Source of the DNA: Pyrobaculum calidifontis JCM 11548
GTDB taxonomy: Archaea > Thermoproteota > Thermoprotei > Thermoproteales > Thermoproteaceae
Assembly (NCBI RefSeq): GCF_000015805.1
Contig: NC_009073.1
Span: 150,001-182,000 of the forward strand
Direction of reading: 5' to 3'
DNA length: 32,000 bases
Part shown: in pieces, positions 1 through 8,964 of the stretch
How positions within the stretch are numbered: position 1 is the stretch's first letter
Layout of the letters: each line of letters starts with the position of its first letter
Made by a program: the position numbers and the translations under genes
The notes under the pieces: model-generated
What the model was told of the DNA's origin: nothing
The model's database searches: none
The model's input: only the letters and a program-made list of their open reading frames with translations

Positions 1-673
1 CCAACTCGAGAAACTCGTCGAGAGTCAAATCTCTGCCCTTCTCCATGGCCACCTCCGCCTCGGGAAGCGCCCTCTTTACCACCACCTTCTCGGGCCGCCA
101 CGGCGAAATCTTCAAAGCCTCGTCAATGTTCTCCTTCAGCGGCACCCTACGCCCACGCCTAAGCGAATAGTCCTGGGTAAATATTATCTTAGGCTCGGTG
201 AGCTCTATCCTGTCGGCCACAGCCTTGGGCGAAAAGCCCGCGAAGACCGTCGTAGAAATCGCGCCTATTCTCGCCGCCGCCAGTATAACCGCCACCGCCT
301 CGATAGAGTTCGGCATGTACACCATCACTCTATCCCCCTTCCTCACGCCAGCGGCCCTTAGAGCCGCGGCGTAGTCGCAGACGAGCTGGTAGAGCTCCCA
401 GTAGGTTATTTTTCTCTCTACGCCGAGCTCTGGGCTGTAGTAGATGTAGGCGGGCTTGTCGCGGTACTTCCTAATCTTGTAAGACACGGCGCTGAAGCCC
501 GCGTTTGTGTACCCGCCCACAAACCACTTAAACGGCTTAGGCGGCTCCCACTCAAAAATTTTGTCAGGCCACTTAGCCCAGTATATGTCCTCGGCCGAGG
601 CCTCCAACACCCGCCGCCAGTAGGTCTCTGGGTCTTTCAGCGACAGCTCGTAGTTAGGGAAGAAGCTTCTCAT
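1..673 (-). CDS. AMP-forming acyl-CoA/acetyl-CoA synthetase family protein, N-terminal part (gene runs off the window start)
   Basis: Open minus-strand frame from ATG at 673-671 to the window edge; absent from the ORF track because it is open-ended. My translation is MRSFFPNYELSLKDPETYWRRVLEASAEDIYWAKWPDKIFEWEPPKPFKWFVGGYTNAGFSAV...GDRVMVYMPNSIEAVAVILAAARIGAISTTVFAGFSPKAVADRI. This has the N-terminal layout of ACS-type adenylate-forming enzymes and resembles the N-terminus of 11185-13056. Confidence 0.8.
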   Translation of the reverse strand, partial: MRSFFPNYELSLKDPETYWRRVLEASAEDIYWAKWPDKIFEWEPPKPFKWFVGGYTNAGFSAVSYKIRKYRDKPAYIYYSPELGVERKITYWELYQLVCDYAAALRAAGVRKGDRVMVYMPNSIEAVAVILAAARIGAISTTVFAGFSPKAVADRIELTEPKIIFTQDYSLRRGRRVPLKENIDEALKISPWRPEKVVVKRALPEAEVAMEKGRDLTLDEFLEL

Positions 674-787
674 AGCGGTACTATCATCATCTGTTATAAG
701 TATTGTCGTTCATTATATATAATTAAAAACTGTTAGAAGCAAAGTACAAAAGCAGAACAGATGAAAAAGTGTATGTTAGATATCTCA

Positions 788-1234
788 CTAGGGCAAAATG
801 TCAGGCGTAAGAAGCCACTTGACTACCCACTTCGGCGTACGCGTCAGCGCGACTACGCCGGAGTATCTAAACTCGACTATGGGCACCTCTGTGTTGCCAA
901 CCACGAGGAGCGACGCCAGGCGGGAGAGGTGGGGCAGATGGCCGACGATCATCACTTCGTCGAGGGTGCTAAGCCTCTCGGCCCAAATGGCAGGGTCGTC
1001 GTTTGGATTTAGCCCGTCTTTCTCCTCTGCCCTCGCCCCCAGTACTTGGGCGAAGATTTCCGCAGTCTGCCGAGCTCTCTTTTTCCCGCTGTGATACACA
1101 ACGGCCACTTTCACCCCCACCTTCGCCAAATGCGTTGCCACCCGCCTGCTCTCTTCAATGCCCTCCGGCGTCAAGCTACGCTCTGGGTCAACTCTCTCGT
1201 CGAAGGCTTTGCCGTGTTGAACTAGGTATATCAT
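788..1234 (-). CDS. SixA-like phosphohistidine phosphatase (histidine phosphatase superfamily)
   Basis: MIYLVQHGKAF...SLTPEGIEESRRVATHL...VVYHSGKKRARQTAEIF...MIVGHLPHLSRLASLL follows the SixA layout (N-terminal xHG catalytic motif, central RA.QT, C-terminal GHLP). ATG at 1234 is preferred over the track's TTG at 1240. The usual RHG reads QHG here (CAA codon). Confidence 0.72.
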   Translation of the reverse strand: MIYLVQHGKAFDERVDPERSLTPEGIEESRRVATHLAKVGVKVAVVYHSGKKRARQTAEIFAQVLGARAEEKDGLNPNDDPAIWAERLSTLDEVMIVGHLPHLSRLASLLVVGNTEVPIVEFRYSGVVALTRTPKWVVKWLLTPDILP

Positions 1235-1288
1235 GAACAAGGGGGTGTGTGCTAGTTTAAAGCTTTAAAAGAGGCCGTTGTAACTCAT

Positions 1289-1573
1289 GTGCGCGTCACT
1301 GTAAAAATATTTGGGCCCAAGTACTTTGGTCTGCCGCAGTACGACGTTGTAACACACGTCTTTGATCTCCCAGACGGGGCCACGGTGGGGGACGTGGTAG
1401 ACCTTTTGGAGAAGATGTACCCAGGGCTTAGGGGGAGGATTCTGAGGGGCGAGGAGATAATCCCTATGCACGACATATGGGTCAACGGGCGCTCTATCCA
1501 GTTTCTCCAAGGCCTCGCCACGAGGCTAAAAGACGGCGATGTTGTACAACTGGTGCCCCCCTTCGGCGGCTAG
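1289..1573 (+). CDS. MoaD/ThiS-family ubiquitin-like beta-grasp protein ending in Gly-Gly
   Basis: 94 aa, GTG start about 22 nt after GCTTTAAAAG. MRVTVKIFG...DGATVGDVVDLLEKMYP...VNGRSI...[15 protein letters not shown] is the canonical MoaD/SAMP-type pattern with a C-terminal diglycine. Confidence 0.75.
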   Translation: MRVTVKIFGPKYFGLPQYDVVTHVFDLPDGATVGDVVDLLEKMYPGLRGRILRGEEIIPMHDIWVNGRSIQFLQGLATRLKDGDVVQLVPPFGG

Positions 1574-2514
1574 GCCGGCGCCCAGCGCACCACTTCGCCC
1601 TCAATCCGCCGCACCTTCCCCATCTCCTCTAGGTAGAGCAGGTGGCTGTACGCCTCTCCCACGGCGAACATTTTATTATACACGTCGAATTGGTCGAAGG
1701 GCCCTGCATCCCAAGTTATCCTCTTGGCCACTTCGTAGGTGGTCATGGGCTCCTTTAAGACCGACAGCACTTCGGCCAAGCGTTCTTCGTGGTGTTGAAT
1801 AAGCTGGTCTACTCTGTCCGCCAGATTTGGGATCTCCTCGCCGTGCGCTGGGAGGCCCCTCGCCTCCAGCCTAGTCTTGCGTAGGCTGGACAAGTACTCC
1901 TTTAGGGGGTTAAAGCCGGGCTTGGGGTACCACGAAATGTTCGGGGTAATCTTGGGCAGTACGTGGTCGCCGGTGAAGACGGCGCCCTGGGACATGTACA
2001 CCGTGTGGCCTGGGGTGTGCCCGGGGGTGTGCACCGCCCTCAGGCCGCAGTCCAGCTCCTCGCCGTCGCGGACTCCCCGCCAGGGCAACTTCCACACGTC
2101 TTCAAACGCCCTCCGGTACCTAGACATGGGGTGGAGCTTGAGGTAGGCCTCGTAGACCTCAGGCGGCGCGCCGTGCCTCTTGTACTCCTCGGCGTACATC
2201 TTGGCCAACTCGTCGAAGGAGGGGGCCGCCCATCCCAACTCCTCTGCCCCTATGTAGAAGTCGGGCGAGGCCACCTCCGCCAAGAACTGGGCGAGAGTTA
2301 TGTGGTCGGCGTGGAAGTGCGTGAGAAAGACCTTGGCAACCTCCTGCGGCTTTATCCCAATGGCCTTAAGCCCCCTCAAAAGGGCCAGCGCCGCCTCGTA
2401 GGTGGCAAGGCCCACGTCTACAAGCCCAAACCCGTCGCCGCACTTCACCACGTAGACGTTGACATGGCCGAGCTCCATGCCGGGCAGGGGGACCTTTATC
2501 CTCGAAAAATACAT
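1570..2514 (-). CDS. MBL-fold metallo-hydrolase with a C-terminal winged-helix-like tail
   Basis: HxHxDH motif ([12 protein letters not shown]) and downstream HTPGHTPGH and GDHV metal-ligand motifs. The C-terminal ~70 aa (TTYEVAKRI...[15 protein letters not shown]) looks like a wHTH. 4-nt convergent overlap with the Ubl gene. Confidence 0.8.
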
Positions 2515-2538
2515 AGAACCACATCCCCACGCCTATTT

Positions 2539-3228
2539 ATGCATTTCCCGCTCCCCCAGCCAGACGTCTCTGCGACATTCAAACGCCGCCTCAACAGATT
2601 CCTCGGCGTGGCAGAGGTGGAGGGGGAAGAGGCGCTCGTCCACATCCACGACCCCGGCCGCCTGGCCGAGCTGTTGTTCCCCGGCTCCACCGTGTGGCTT
2701 AGGAAGAAGGCGGGGGGAAAGGCCCCCTACTACCTCCTCGCCGTGGAGTTGCCGGAGGAGCTCGTCCTCGTGGACTCAGCGATGCACAACAAGATAGCCA
2801 CGTGGCTCGTGGAGGAGGGGCACGTGTTTAAGGGGTACTCCGTGGCGAAGACCGAGCCCTCCTACGGCAGAGGGCGCTTCGACCTACTACTGAGGAGGCC
2901 CGATGGGGGGCTGGCCTTGGTGGAGGTTAAGGGTGTCACGCTTGAGGTGGGCGGAGTCGCGCTTTTCCCCGACGCGCCGACGGCGAGGGGAGCTCGGCAC
3001 ATGGAGGAGCTCGCGAGGGCCGCGGCGGAGGGCTACGAGGCCCATGTCCTCTTCCTAGTGCTCAGGAGGAGGGCCCGCCTCTTTTCGCCCAACTGGGCGC
3101 TAGACGCCAAGTTCGCAGAGGCCTTGGCCAAGGCGGCTGACGCGGGAGTGAAAATCTCCGCGGTTAAGCTGGAGATGTTCAAGTGGGGGTTGAAATTCGC
3201 GGGGGAGCTACCCGTTAAGCTTAGATAA
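2539..3228 (+). CDS. sfsA: SfsA-family nuclease-like DNA-binding protein (sugar fermentation stimulation protein homolog)
   Basis: From the internal ATG at 2539 of track ORF 1963-3228: [27 protein letters not shown]...[23 protein letters not shown]...GRFDLLL...LVEVKGVTL...[16 protein letters not shown]. These are SfsA hallmark blocks. The 5' part of the track ORF is antisense to the MBL gene and was discarded. Confidence 0.85.
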
Positions 3229-4056
3229 GAGGTAGCGGTAGACTGTGCCCCAAATCTTGTCGTCGTCGCGTATCTTGTTTTCAAAGTTCTCATAGCCCGC
3301 CCAGTCCCTAAACGCCTCCTCTGTGGCCTCGTCCCAGACGCCGGTCACCTCGCCCCTGTAGAAGCCTAGCTTTTTCAAAGCCCTCTGCACCTCCGCCGCC
3401 ACATCTCTCTTTGACACAACGTCGCTGGGGTCCTCCCTTTGCAGTAGAGTGAGCTCCCAAATGTGGAAGATTCTCTTCAGCTCTTCCACCGGGTTTGGGT
3501 GGTCGTCTACCCTAATGTCCACGTAGGTGTCTGACAAGCCGAGGTATCCCCCGCCGGGCCTGAGCACAAGCAAAGCGGCTGACTGCCTCCCTCTGCGGTC
3601 TCCGCCGGCCCTGTCCCCAGCCTCTAGAGCCGCCAAGAGCTTGTCCACCAGCTCCCCCCTCTTTGTCTCAAAGGCCTTGGCCATGGCCTCCAACACCTCG
3701 GGCCCCGCCAGTATGTTCCCCAGCGCCGCGTATCCGTTGCCCACGATGTGCCCAGCGTAGTACGGACACTTGCCCCCAGTGTGGACGTACGCCTCGCCTC
3801 TGGCGTTGACTACCCCGACCTGCCTGATCTCCCTCTCGGCGTCTTGCGCCAAGGCCTTTTCCAACGCCTCCCTCGGGGAGCGGTGTTGGAGGAGCGCGAG
3901 TATTACTCTCCCAAGCCTGGGGTTTGCATAACACTGCGTGGCCACGGCGCCTACGCCGGCCTCTGCGTGCGGCACCACGGCACCCACTGCGACGAATTTA
4001 GACGCCACAGCCACGCCTACGTCGACGCCGTCGCTTGCCACTATGGAGAAGGTCAC
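3208..4056 (-). CDS. DUF1028-family (Ntn-hydrolase-like) protein with a C-terminal peptidoglycan-binding-like repeat
   Basis: MTFSIVA...[33 protein letters not shown] is the typical DUF1028 N-terminus (Thr/Ser after Met). The C-terminal [30 protein letters not shown] matches the PG_binding_1-type helical repeat. Confidence 0.72.
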
Positions 4057-4092
4057 ACTGATTTATTGATTTATAGGGGATATAAAGATAAC

Positions 4093-4902
4093 ATGGAGCT
4101 GAGAAAAGGCGTAAGGCTGTTGAGGGGTTCTCCCAACACCTTGGTGGTTGGGGAATACGTCGTAGACCCCGGCCAGCCGGCGGAGAGGGCGGCTGAGGTG
4201 TTGCAGGCGGCGGGCCCCGCGCCTAAGGTGTTGCTCACCCACTTCCACGCAGACCACCTCACCGCGGTGCCCCCAGGCGCCGAGGTCTACGCGCCCTGGG
4301 GCGAAGAGCTCTTCGTGGCCAGCGTCCGGGCGAGGCTCTTCTTCACCCACGGCGTTTATGTAAACAACGCGGTGTACAAGGGCGGAGATATAAAGGTGTC
4401 CGGCGTGGTGAAAGACGGCGAGAGGGTAGGCCCCTTCGAGGTAGTGTCTCTGCCCGGCCACACTTTTGGCCACGTGGGGTACTACGTAGAGGGGGTGCTG
4501 TACGCCGGCGACGCGTTGTTTGGGGAAAAGGTGCTCGAGAAATACGGCGCGCCCTACCTCATGGACGTAGACGCCTTTCTAGCCTCCTTGGACAAGATAA
4601 TGGCGCTTGAGCCAGAGGTCTTGGTGATGGGCCACGGCCCCGTGGTAGGTAGCCGGAAGAGGGCGGCGGAGCTGATTGAGGCAAATAGGCGCTACGTGGA
4701 AAGGGCTGTGGAGGCCGTGGCCAAGCTGTTGCCCGGCGACTTGACTAAGCTGGCCGTGGGCTTGTTGAAGGAGGTGGGTGGGGAGAGGGGGTGGGAAAAT
4801 GTGCTACTGACGATGACCACGGTTAGGGCTATCTTGTCTAAGCTGTCTAGCGAGGGGCGTGTTTACTTAGATGAAGAGGGCACTTGGAGGAGTAATCTAT
4901 AA
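4093..4902 (+). CDS. MBL-fold metallo-hydrolase
   Basis: Internal ATG at 4093 (MELRKGVRLLRG...) of track ORF 3748-4902; the upstream part is antisense to the DUF1028 gene. Motifs [18 protein letters not shown] and GDALF are present. Confidence 0.75.
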   Translation: MELRKGVRLLRGSPNTLVVGEYVVDPGQPAERAAEVLQAAGPAPKVLLTHFHADHLTAVPPGAEVYAPWGEELFVASVRARLFFTHGVYVNNAVYKGGDIKVSGVVKDGERVGPFEVVSLPGHTFGHVGYYVEGVLYAGDALFGEKVLEKYGAPYLMDVDAFLASLDKIMALEPEVLVMGHGPVVGSRKRAAELIEANRRYVERAVEAVAKLLPGDLTKLAVGLLKEVGGERGWENVLLTMTTVRAILSKLSSEGRVYLDEEGTWRSNL

Positions 4903-5020
4903 TTATAGATAATTATAAATTTTGCCTGTATAAAAATAGAAGCTTCTCTAAACTTTCTTAGCTTCATTTCTCTATATTTTTCTATAGAAACATTTAAAAA
5001 CATGCTATATTGTACTCTCT

Positions 5021-7759
5021 ATGGGTAAGTATGTGTACAGCTTCAAAGAGGCCGACTATCGGAATAAGAAGCTGTTCGGCGGTAAGGGGGCCAGCTTGAT
5101 TCAAATGAGCCAGCTCGGCCTCCGCGTGCCGCCCGGCTTCATTATAACCACCGAGGCGTGTAAGAAGTTCTACGAGCCTAGGCGAGAGGAAATCGCCGAG
5201 CTGGAGGCAGCCCTTCTGAAAAACCCGCCGCCGGAGGTGAGAGACCAAGTCATCGAAAAACTCCACAAGGTTATAGACAGCCTTGAGTTGCCTCAGGAGA
5301 TTTGGAGAGAGGCCGTGGAGTACATGAAGAGGCTTGAGGAAGAGACTGGGAGAAAATTTGGCGATCCTAATGCGCCGCTTTTAGTGTCTGTGAGAAGCGG
5401 CGCCGCGGTCTCCATGCCAGGGATGATGGACACGGTACTCAACTTGGGCCTAAACGACGAGACTGTGAAAGGTCTCGCAAAGTGGTCGGGCAACGAGTGG
5501 TTTGCCTACGACGCCTACCGGAGGTTTTTGCAGATGTTCGGCAAAATTGTCCTCTCCATAGACGAGAAGCTCTTCTCCTCGGCGTGGGAAGAGATTAAGC
5601 GCAAGTATGGGGCAAAGGAGGACCCGGAGGTCCCCTTGGAGGGGCTCAAAGAGGCGGTGGAGAGGTTTAAGCAGATAATTCTCAGAGAGAGGGGCGGCTT
5701 CCCGCAGGACCCGTGGGAGCAGTTGAGGCTGGCTATAAAGGCGGTGTTTAAGTCGTGGATGAGCCCCCGCGCCATTTTCTACAGGATAATTGAGAAAATA
5801 ACCCCCGACGTGGCGGACTGCACCGCCGTCAACGTGGTGACAATGGTCTTTGGCAACGTGGGGTGGGACTCCGGCACGGGGGTCGTGTTCAGCAGAGATG
5901 TGGCCACCGGCGAGAATAAGCTGTATGGAGAATTCTTACCAGTGGCACAGGGAGAGGACGTGGTGGCTGGCATAAGGACTCCCATGGACATCGAGGAGTT
6001 TAGGAAGAGGTTCCCGCACCTATACGACGAGCTTTACAGGGGGGTGAAGTTGCTTGAGCGCGTCAACAAGGACGTCCAAGACGTGGAGTTCACAGTGGAG
6101 AAAGGCGTCTTGTACTTCCTCCAGGCTAGAAACGCCAAGATGACGGCGTTGGCCAGGGTAAAGACGGCTGTGGACATGGCCAAGGAGGGGATTATAACTA
6201 GGGAGGAGGCCATCCTCTACGTTAAGCCGGACCACGTCCTCCAGCTCTTATACCCGCGCATAGACCCCAAGGCCAAGGCAAAGCCGGTGGCCCAGGGCCT
6301 CCCCGCCAGCCCAGGCGCAGTGTCTGGGCAAGTGGTCTTCCACCCCGACGATGCAGTGCGGTGGGCGGCTGAGGGGAAGCGGGTGATATTGGCTAGGGTG
6401 GAGACTAAGCCCGACGACGTGCACGGCTTCTACGCCGCGGTGGGCATTCTCACGAGCAGAGGCGGGATGACTAGCCACGCCGCGGTGGTGGCGAGGGCAA
6501 TTGGGAAGCCCGCGGTGGTCGGGGCAGAGAGCGTAGAGATACACGAGGAGGAGAAGTACCTCAAGATAGGCGACATAGTGGTCAAGGAGGGGGAGTGGAT
6601 AACCATCGACGGGCACACGGGCAACGTCTACATAGGTGTCGTGCCCACGATAGAGGCCGAGCTGATCCCAGAGCTCGAGGAGCTTCTGAGCTGGGCTGAC
6701 CAAGTGCGGAGGCTCGGCGTTAGAGCAAACGCCGATTTGCCCGACGACGCGGCCATAGCGAGGAAGTTTGGGGCAGAGGGCATCGGCTTGTTGAGAATTG
6801 AGAGAATGTTTAGAAAGCCTGAGAGACTTGAGCTACTCCGGAGGATAATTCTCGCGGAGAGCGCCGAGGAGAGGAGGCCATACTTAGAGAAGTTGTACAA
6901 GGCGTTGAAGGAGGACTTTAAGGAGGTGTTCCGCATAATGGACGGCCTGCCCGTAATTGTGAGACTGATAGACCCGCCGCTCCACGAGTTTCTGCCAAAG
7001 CCCGAGGAAGTGCTGGAGCAGATTTACCAGAGGAAGATGCGCGGTGAAGACGCCTCGGAGCTCGAGAAGTTGTACAAACGCGTAAAGGCGTTGCAGGAGG
7101 CTAACCCAATGCTCGGCCACAGAGGCGTGCGGGTCGGCGTCACGCACCCCGACTTCTACTACTACTTAAACAGGGCCATTCTAGAGGCCGCGGCGGAGCT
7201 GAAGAAGGCCGGGCACAACCCCGTCGTGGAGATCATGATACCGCAGGTGGCAGACGCGAGAGAGATAGTGTTTGTAAAAGAGAAGAGCATAATACCTGCG
7301 CTTAGAGACGTGGAGAAGGAATTCGGCGTGTCTCTCAACGTGAAAATAGGCACAATGGTGGAGACTGTGCGCGCCGCGTTGACCATAGACGAAATAGCCA
7401 AGCATGTGGACTTCATAAGCTTCGGCACCAACGACTTGACGCAGGCCGTGTTTAGCTTCAGCCGCGACGACGCTGAGAACAAGTTCATACCGCAGTACCT
7501 AGAGCTAGAGATACTAGACGCAAACCCCTTTGAGACGCTGGACGTCAAGGGAGTTGGAAAACTAGTAGAATACGCAGCTGCCACAGCCAAGGAGGTGAAC
7601 CCCTCCATAGAGGTGGGAGTATGCGGCGAACACGGCGGAGACCTCAAGTCCATCTACTTCTTCCACAAGACCAAGGTTGACTACGTAAGCGCGTCGCCGT
7701 TTAGAGTGCCTCTGGCGAGACTAGCCGCCGCCCAGGCCGCAATACTGCAGAGCAAATAA
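5021..7759 (+). CDS. ppdK: Pyruvate, phosphate dikinase
   Basis: 912 aa with all three PPDK modules: N-terminal ATP-grasp (GGKGASLIQM), central phosphohistidine swivel domain (GGMTSHAAVVARAIGKPAVVG) and C-terminal PEP/pyruvate TIM barrel (FGTNDLTQ, CGEHGGD). Preceded by an unusually A/T-rich 118-bp intergenic region. Confidence 0.97.
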   Translation: MGKYVYSFKEADYRNKKLFGGKGASLIQMSQLGLRVPPGFIITTEACKKFYEPRREEIAELEAALLKNPPPEVRDQVIEKLHKVIDSLELPQEIWREAVEYMKRLEEETGRKFGDPNAPLLVSVRSGAAVSMPGMMDTVLNLGLNDETVKGLAKWSGNEWFAYDAYRRFLQMFGKIVLSIDEKLFSSAWEEIKRKYGAKEDPEVPLEGLKEAVERFKQIILRERGGFPQDPWEQLRLAIKAVFKSWMSPRAIFYRIIEKITPDVADCTAVNVVTMVFGNVGWDSGTGVVFSRDVATGENKLYGEFLPVAQGEDVVAGIRTPMDIEEFRKRFPHLYDELYRGVKLLERVNKDVQDVEFTVEKGVLYFLQARNAKMTALARVKTAVDMAKEGIITREEAILYVKPDHVLQLLYPRIDPKAKAKPVAQGLPASPGAVSGQVVFHPDDAVRWAAEGKRVILARVETKPDDVHGFYAAVGILTSRGGMTSHAAVVARAIGKPAVVGAESVEIHEEEKYLKIGDIVVKEGEWITIDGHTGNVYIGVVPTIEAELIPELEELLSWADQVRRLGVRANADLPDDAAIARKFGAEGIGLLRIERMFRKPERLELLRRIILAESAEERRPYLEKLYKALKEDFKEVFRIMDGLPVIVRLIDPPLHEFLPKPEEVLEQIYQRKMRGEDASELEKLYKRVKALQEANPMLGHRGVRVGVTHPDFYYYLNRAILEAAAELKKAGHNPVVEIMIPQVADAREIVFVKEKSIIPALRDVEKEFGVSLNVKIGTMVETVRAALTIDEIAKHVDFISFGTNDLTQAVFSFSRDDAENKFIPQYLELEILDANPFETLDVKGVGKLVEYAAATAKEVNPSIEVGVCGEHGGDLKSIYFFHKTKVDYVSASPFRVPLARLAAAQAAILQSK

Positions 7760-7803
7760 CGCACTTACGAAAACGGTTTTAAAACCACGCCAATTTTATA
7801 CAC

Positions 7804-7944
7804 ATGTGGACGAAGCTTAAGAACTTCATAACTGGGGTCTGCCTACTCCTAGCGCCGTACCTCGACGTCTGCAAATTCGGCGCGCCTAAGGCGCAGAGCG
7901 GAGTCAAAGAGACGCGCGAGACCCGCTGCACCAAGATCAAGTAA
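7804..7944 (+). CDS. Small hypothetical protein (46 aa)
   Basis: Not in the track (<60 aa). ATG is about 24 nt after GGTTTTAAAACC. Translation is MWTKLKNFITGVCLLLAPYLDVCKFGAPKAQSGVKETRETRCTKIK. Its TAA overlaps the next gene's ATG (TAATG at 7942-7946), suggesting translational coupling. Confidence 0.35.
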   Translation: MWTKLKNFITGVCLLLAPYLDVCKFGAPKAQSGVKETRETRCTKIK

Positions 7945-8210
7945 TGCTAAATTTTATTGAGACATTCCACCGAGAGGTAGCCAAGAGACTCGACGCAGTG
8001 GACTCGGCAGGCGAGGCCGCGGGGCTAATGGAGTGGGCAAACGGCAGAGTGGGGAAATGCGACGTGTACTTCCTCTGGTTTCCAGCCACCAAGAGGCTCG
8101 TATACGCCGTAAAATGCCCCGCGGGGCTGAGGGAGGGGGAGGTGGAGGCGAAAAGCCACGTCGAGGCAGTTGCACACGTGGAGAAGATAATCGCAAGCCT
8201 TAGGAAATGA
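7944..8210 (+). CDS. Hypothetical protein (88 aa)
   Basis: The ORF has host-like codon usage. It is linked by start/stop overlaps to both neighbours (TAATG upstream, ATGA at 8207-8210 downstream). I recognise no motif. Confidence 0.55.
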   Translation: MLNFIETFHREVAKRLDAVDSAGEAAGLMEWANGRVGKCDVYFLWFPATKRLVYAVKCPAGLREGEVEAKSHVEAVAHVEKIIASLRK

Positions 8211-8905
8211 GAGTCGCCGTCCTCTACACAGGCGGCAAAGACAGCCACTACGCCCTGCTAAAGGCGTTGGAGGAGGGGCACGAAGCCGCCTGTCTCATCA
8301 TCGCGCTCCCCCGCCGCGCCGACTCCTACATGTTCCACACAGTGAACATAAGGTGGAGCTTAATACACGGCGATGCCATGGGCATACCTCACTTCGCGGT
8401 AGAGGTAAGTGGGGAAAAGGAGAGGGAAGTGGAGGAACTCGGCGAATTGCTTGCCCAGTTGCGCAGAGACTGCCGATTTGACGCATTGGTCTCAGGCGCC
8501 GTGGCGTCCCGCTACCAGAAGGAGAGAGTAGACAAGTTGGCCAAGCTCCTGGGCGTCCGCCACCTGGCCCCCCACTGGGGGAGAGACCAAGAGGAGCTCC
8601 TGCGGGAAGAGGCGGCCCACATGCGGTTCATAATCACAGCCGCCATGGCCATGGGCCTGGGGCCCCAGTGGCTGGGGAGAGCCGTCACGCCCGACGCAGC
8701 CGAGGAGCTAATCGCCCTCAGCCGGCGGTACGGCTTCTCGCCCGTCGGCGAGGGAGGCGAATACGAGACGTACGTTGTGGAAAGCCCCCTACTCCGGGTG
8801 GAGGTAAGCGGCACGGCGCACTGGCACCCCAGCGGGTGGGGGTACTACGAGATAAAAGAGGCAAAGGCGGTGAGGAGAGAGATTCGCAGTAGCCACGCTC
8901 CATAG
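8207..8905 (+). CDS. PP-loop ATP pyrophosphatase of the MJ0570 / diphthine-ammonia ligase (DPH6-like) family
   Basis: N-terminal MRVAVLYTGGKDSHYALLKA is the SGGKDS PP-loop. The C-terminal GEGGEYETYVV block is typical of this family. Confidence 0.8.
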   Translation: MRVAVLYTGGKDSHYALLKALEEGHEAACLIIALPRRADSYMFHTVNIRWSLIHGDAMGIPHFAVEVSGEKEREVEELGELLAQLRRDCRFDALVSGAVASRYQKERVDKLAKLLGVRHLAPHWGRDQEELLREEAAHMRFIITAAMAMGLGPQWLGRAVTPDAAEELIALSRRYGFSPVGEGGEYETYVVESPLLRVEVSGTAHWHPSGWGYYEIKEAKAVRREIRSSHAP

Positions 8906-8949
8906 AAACTTCTCAGTAAGTTGTTTTGGCACCGGCGCCGCGTCTGCCT

Positions 8950-8964
8950 AAAGCCTTTGCTCTC
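8950..8964. repeat. Left copy of the 13/15-nt direct repeat bracketing the first PaREP2-like gene
   Basis: AAAGCCTTTGCTCTC here versus AACGGCTTTGCTCTC at 10821-10835. The core CTTTGCTCTC is identical (8955-8964 and 10826-10835). Confidence 0.45.

Noticed and set aside
620-700. ATGATGA ... CTGA pair on the minus strand (C-box-like at about 681-690), giving a 54-nt C/D-sRNA-like unit
   Set aside because: It overlaps the start codon and first codons of the acyl-CoA synthetase gene. It has no recognisable C'/D' boxes and no terminal stem, so it is probably coincidental.
1963-2538. 5' extension of the long + strand ORF 1963-3228, and similar long antisense ORFs (3748-4092, 6248-6703, 7162-7653, 11926-12522, 14782-15354, 24772-25176, 26791-27417)
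   Set aside because: All lie antisense to, or out of frame within, genes with clear family signatures. Their translations are Arg/Pro/Gly/Ala-rich low-complexity sequence, typical of shadow ORFs in GC-rich DNA.
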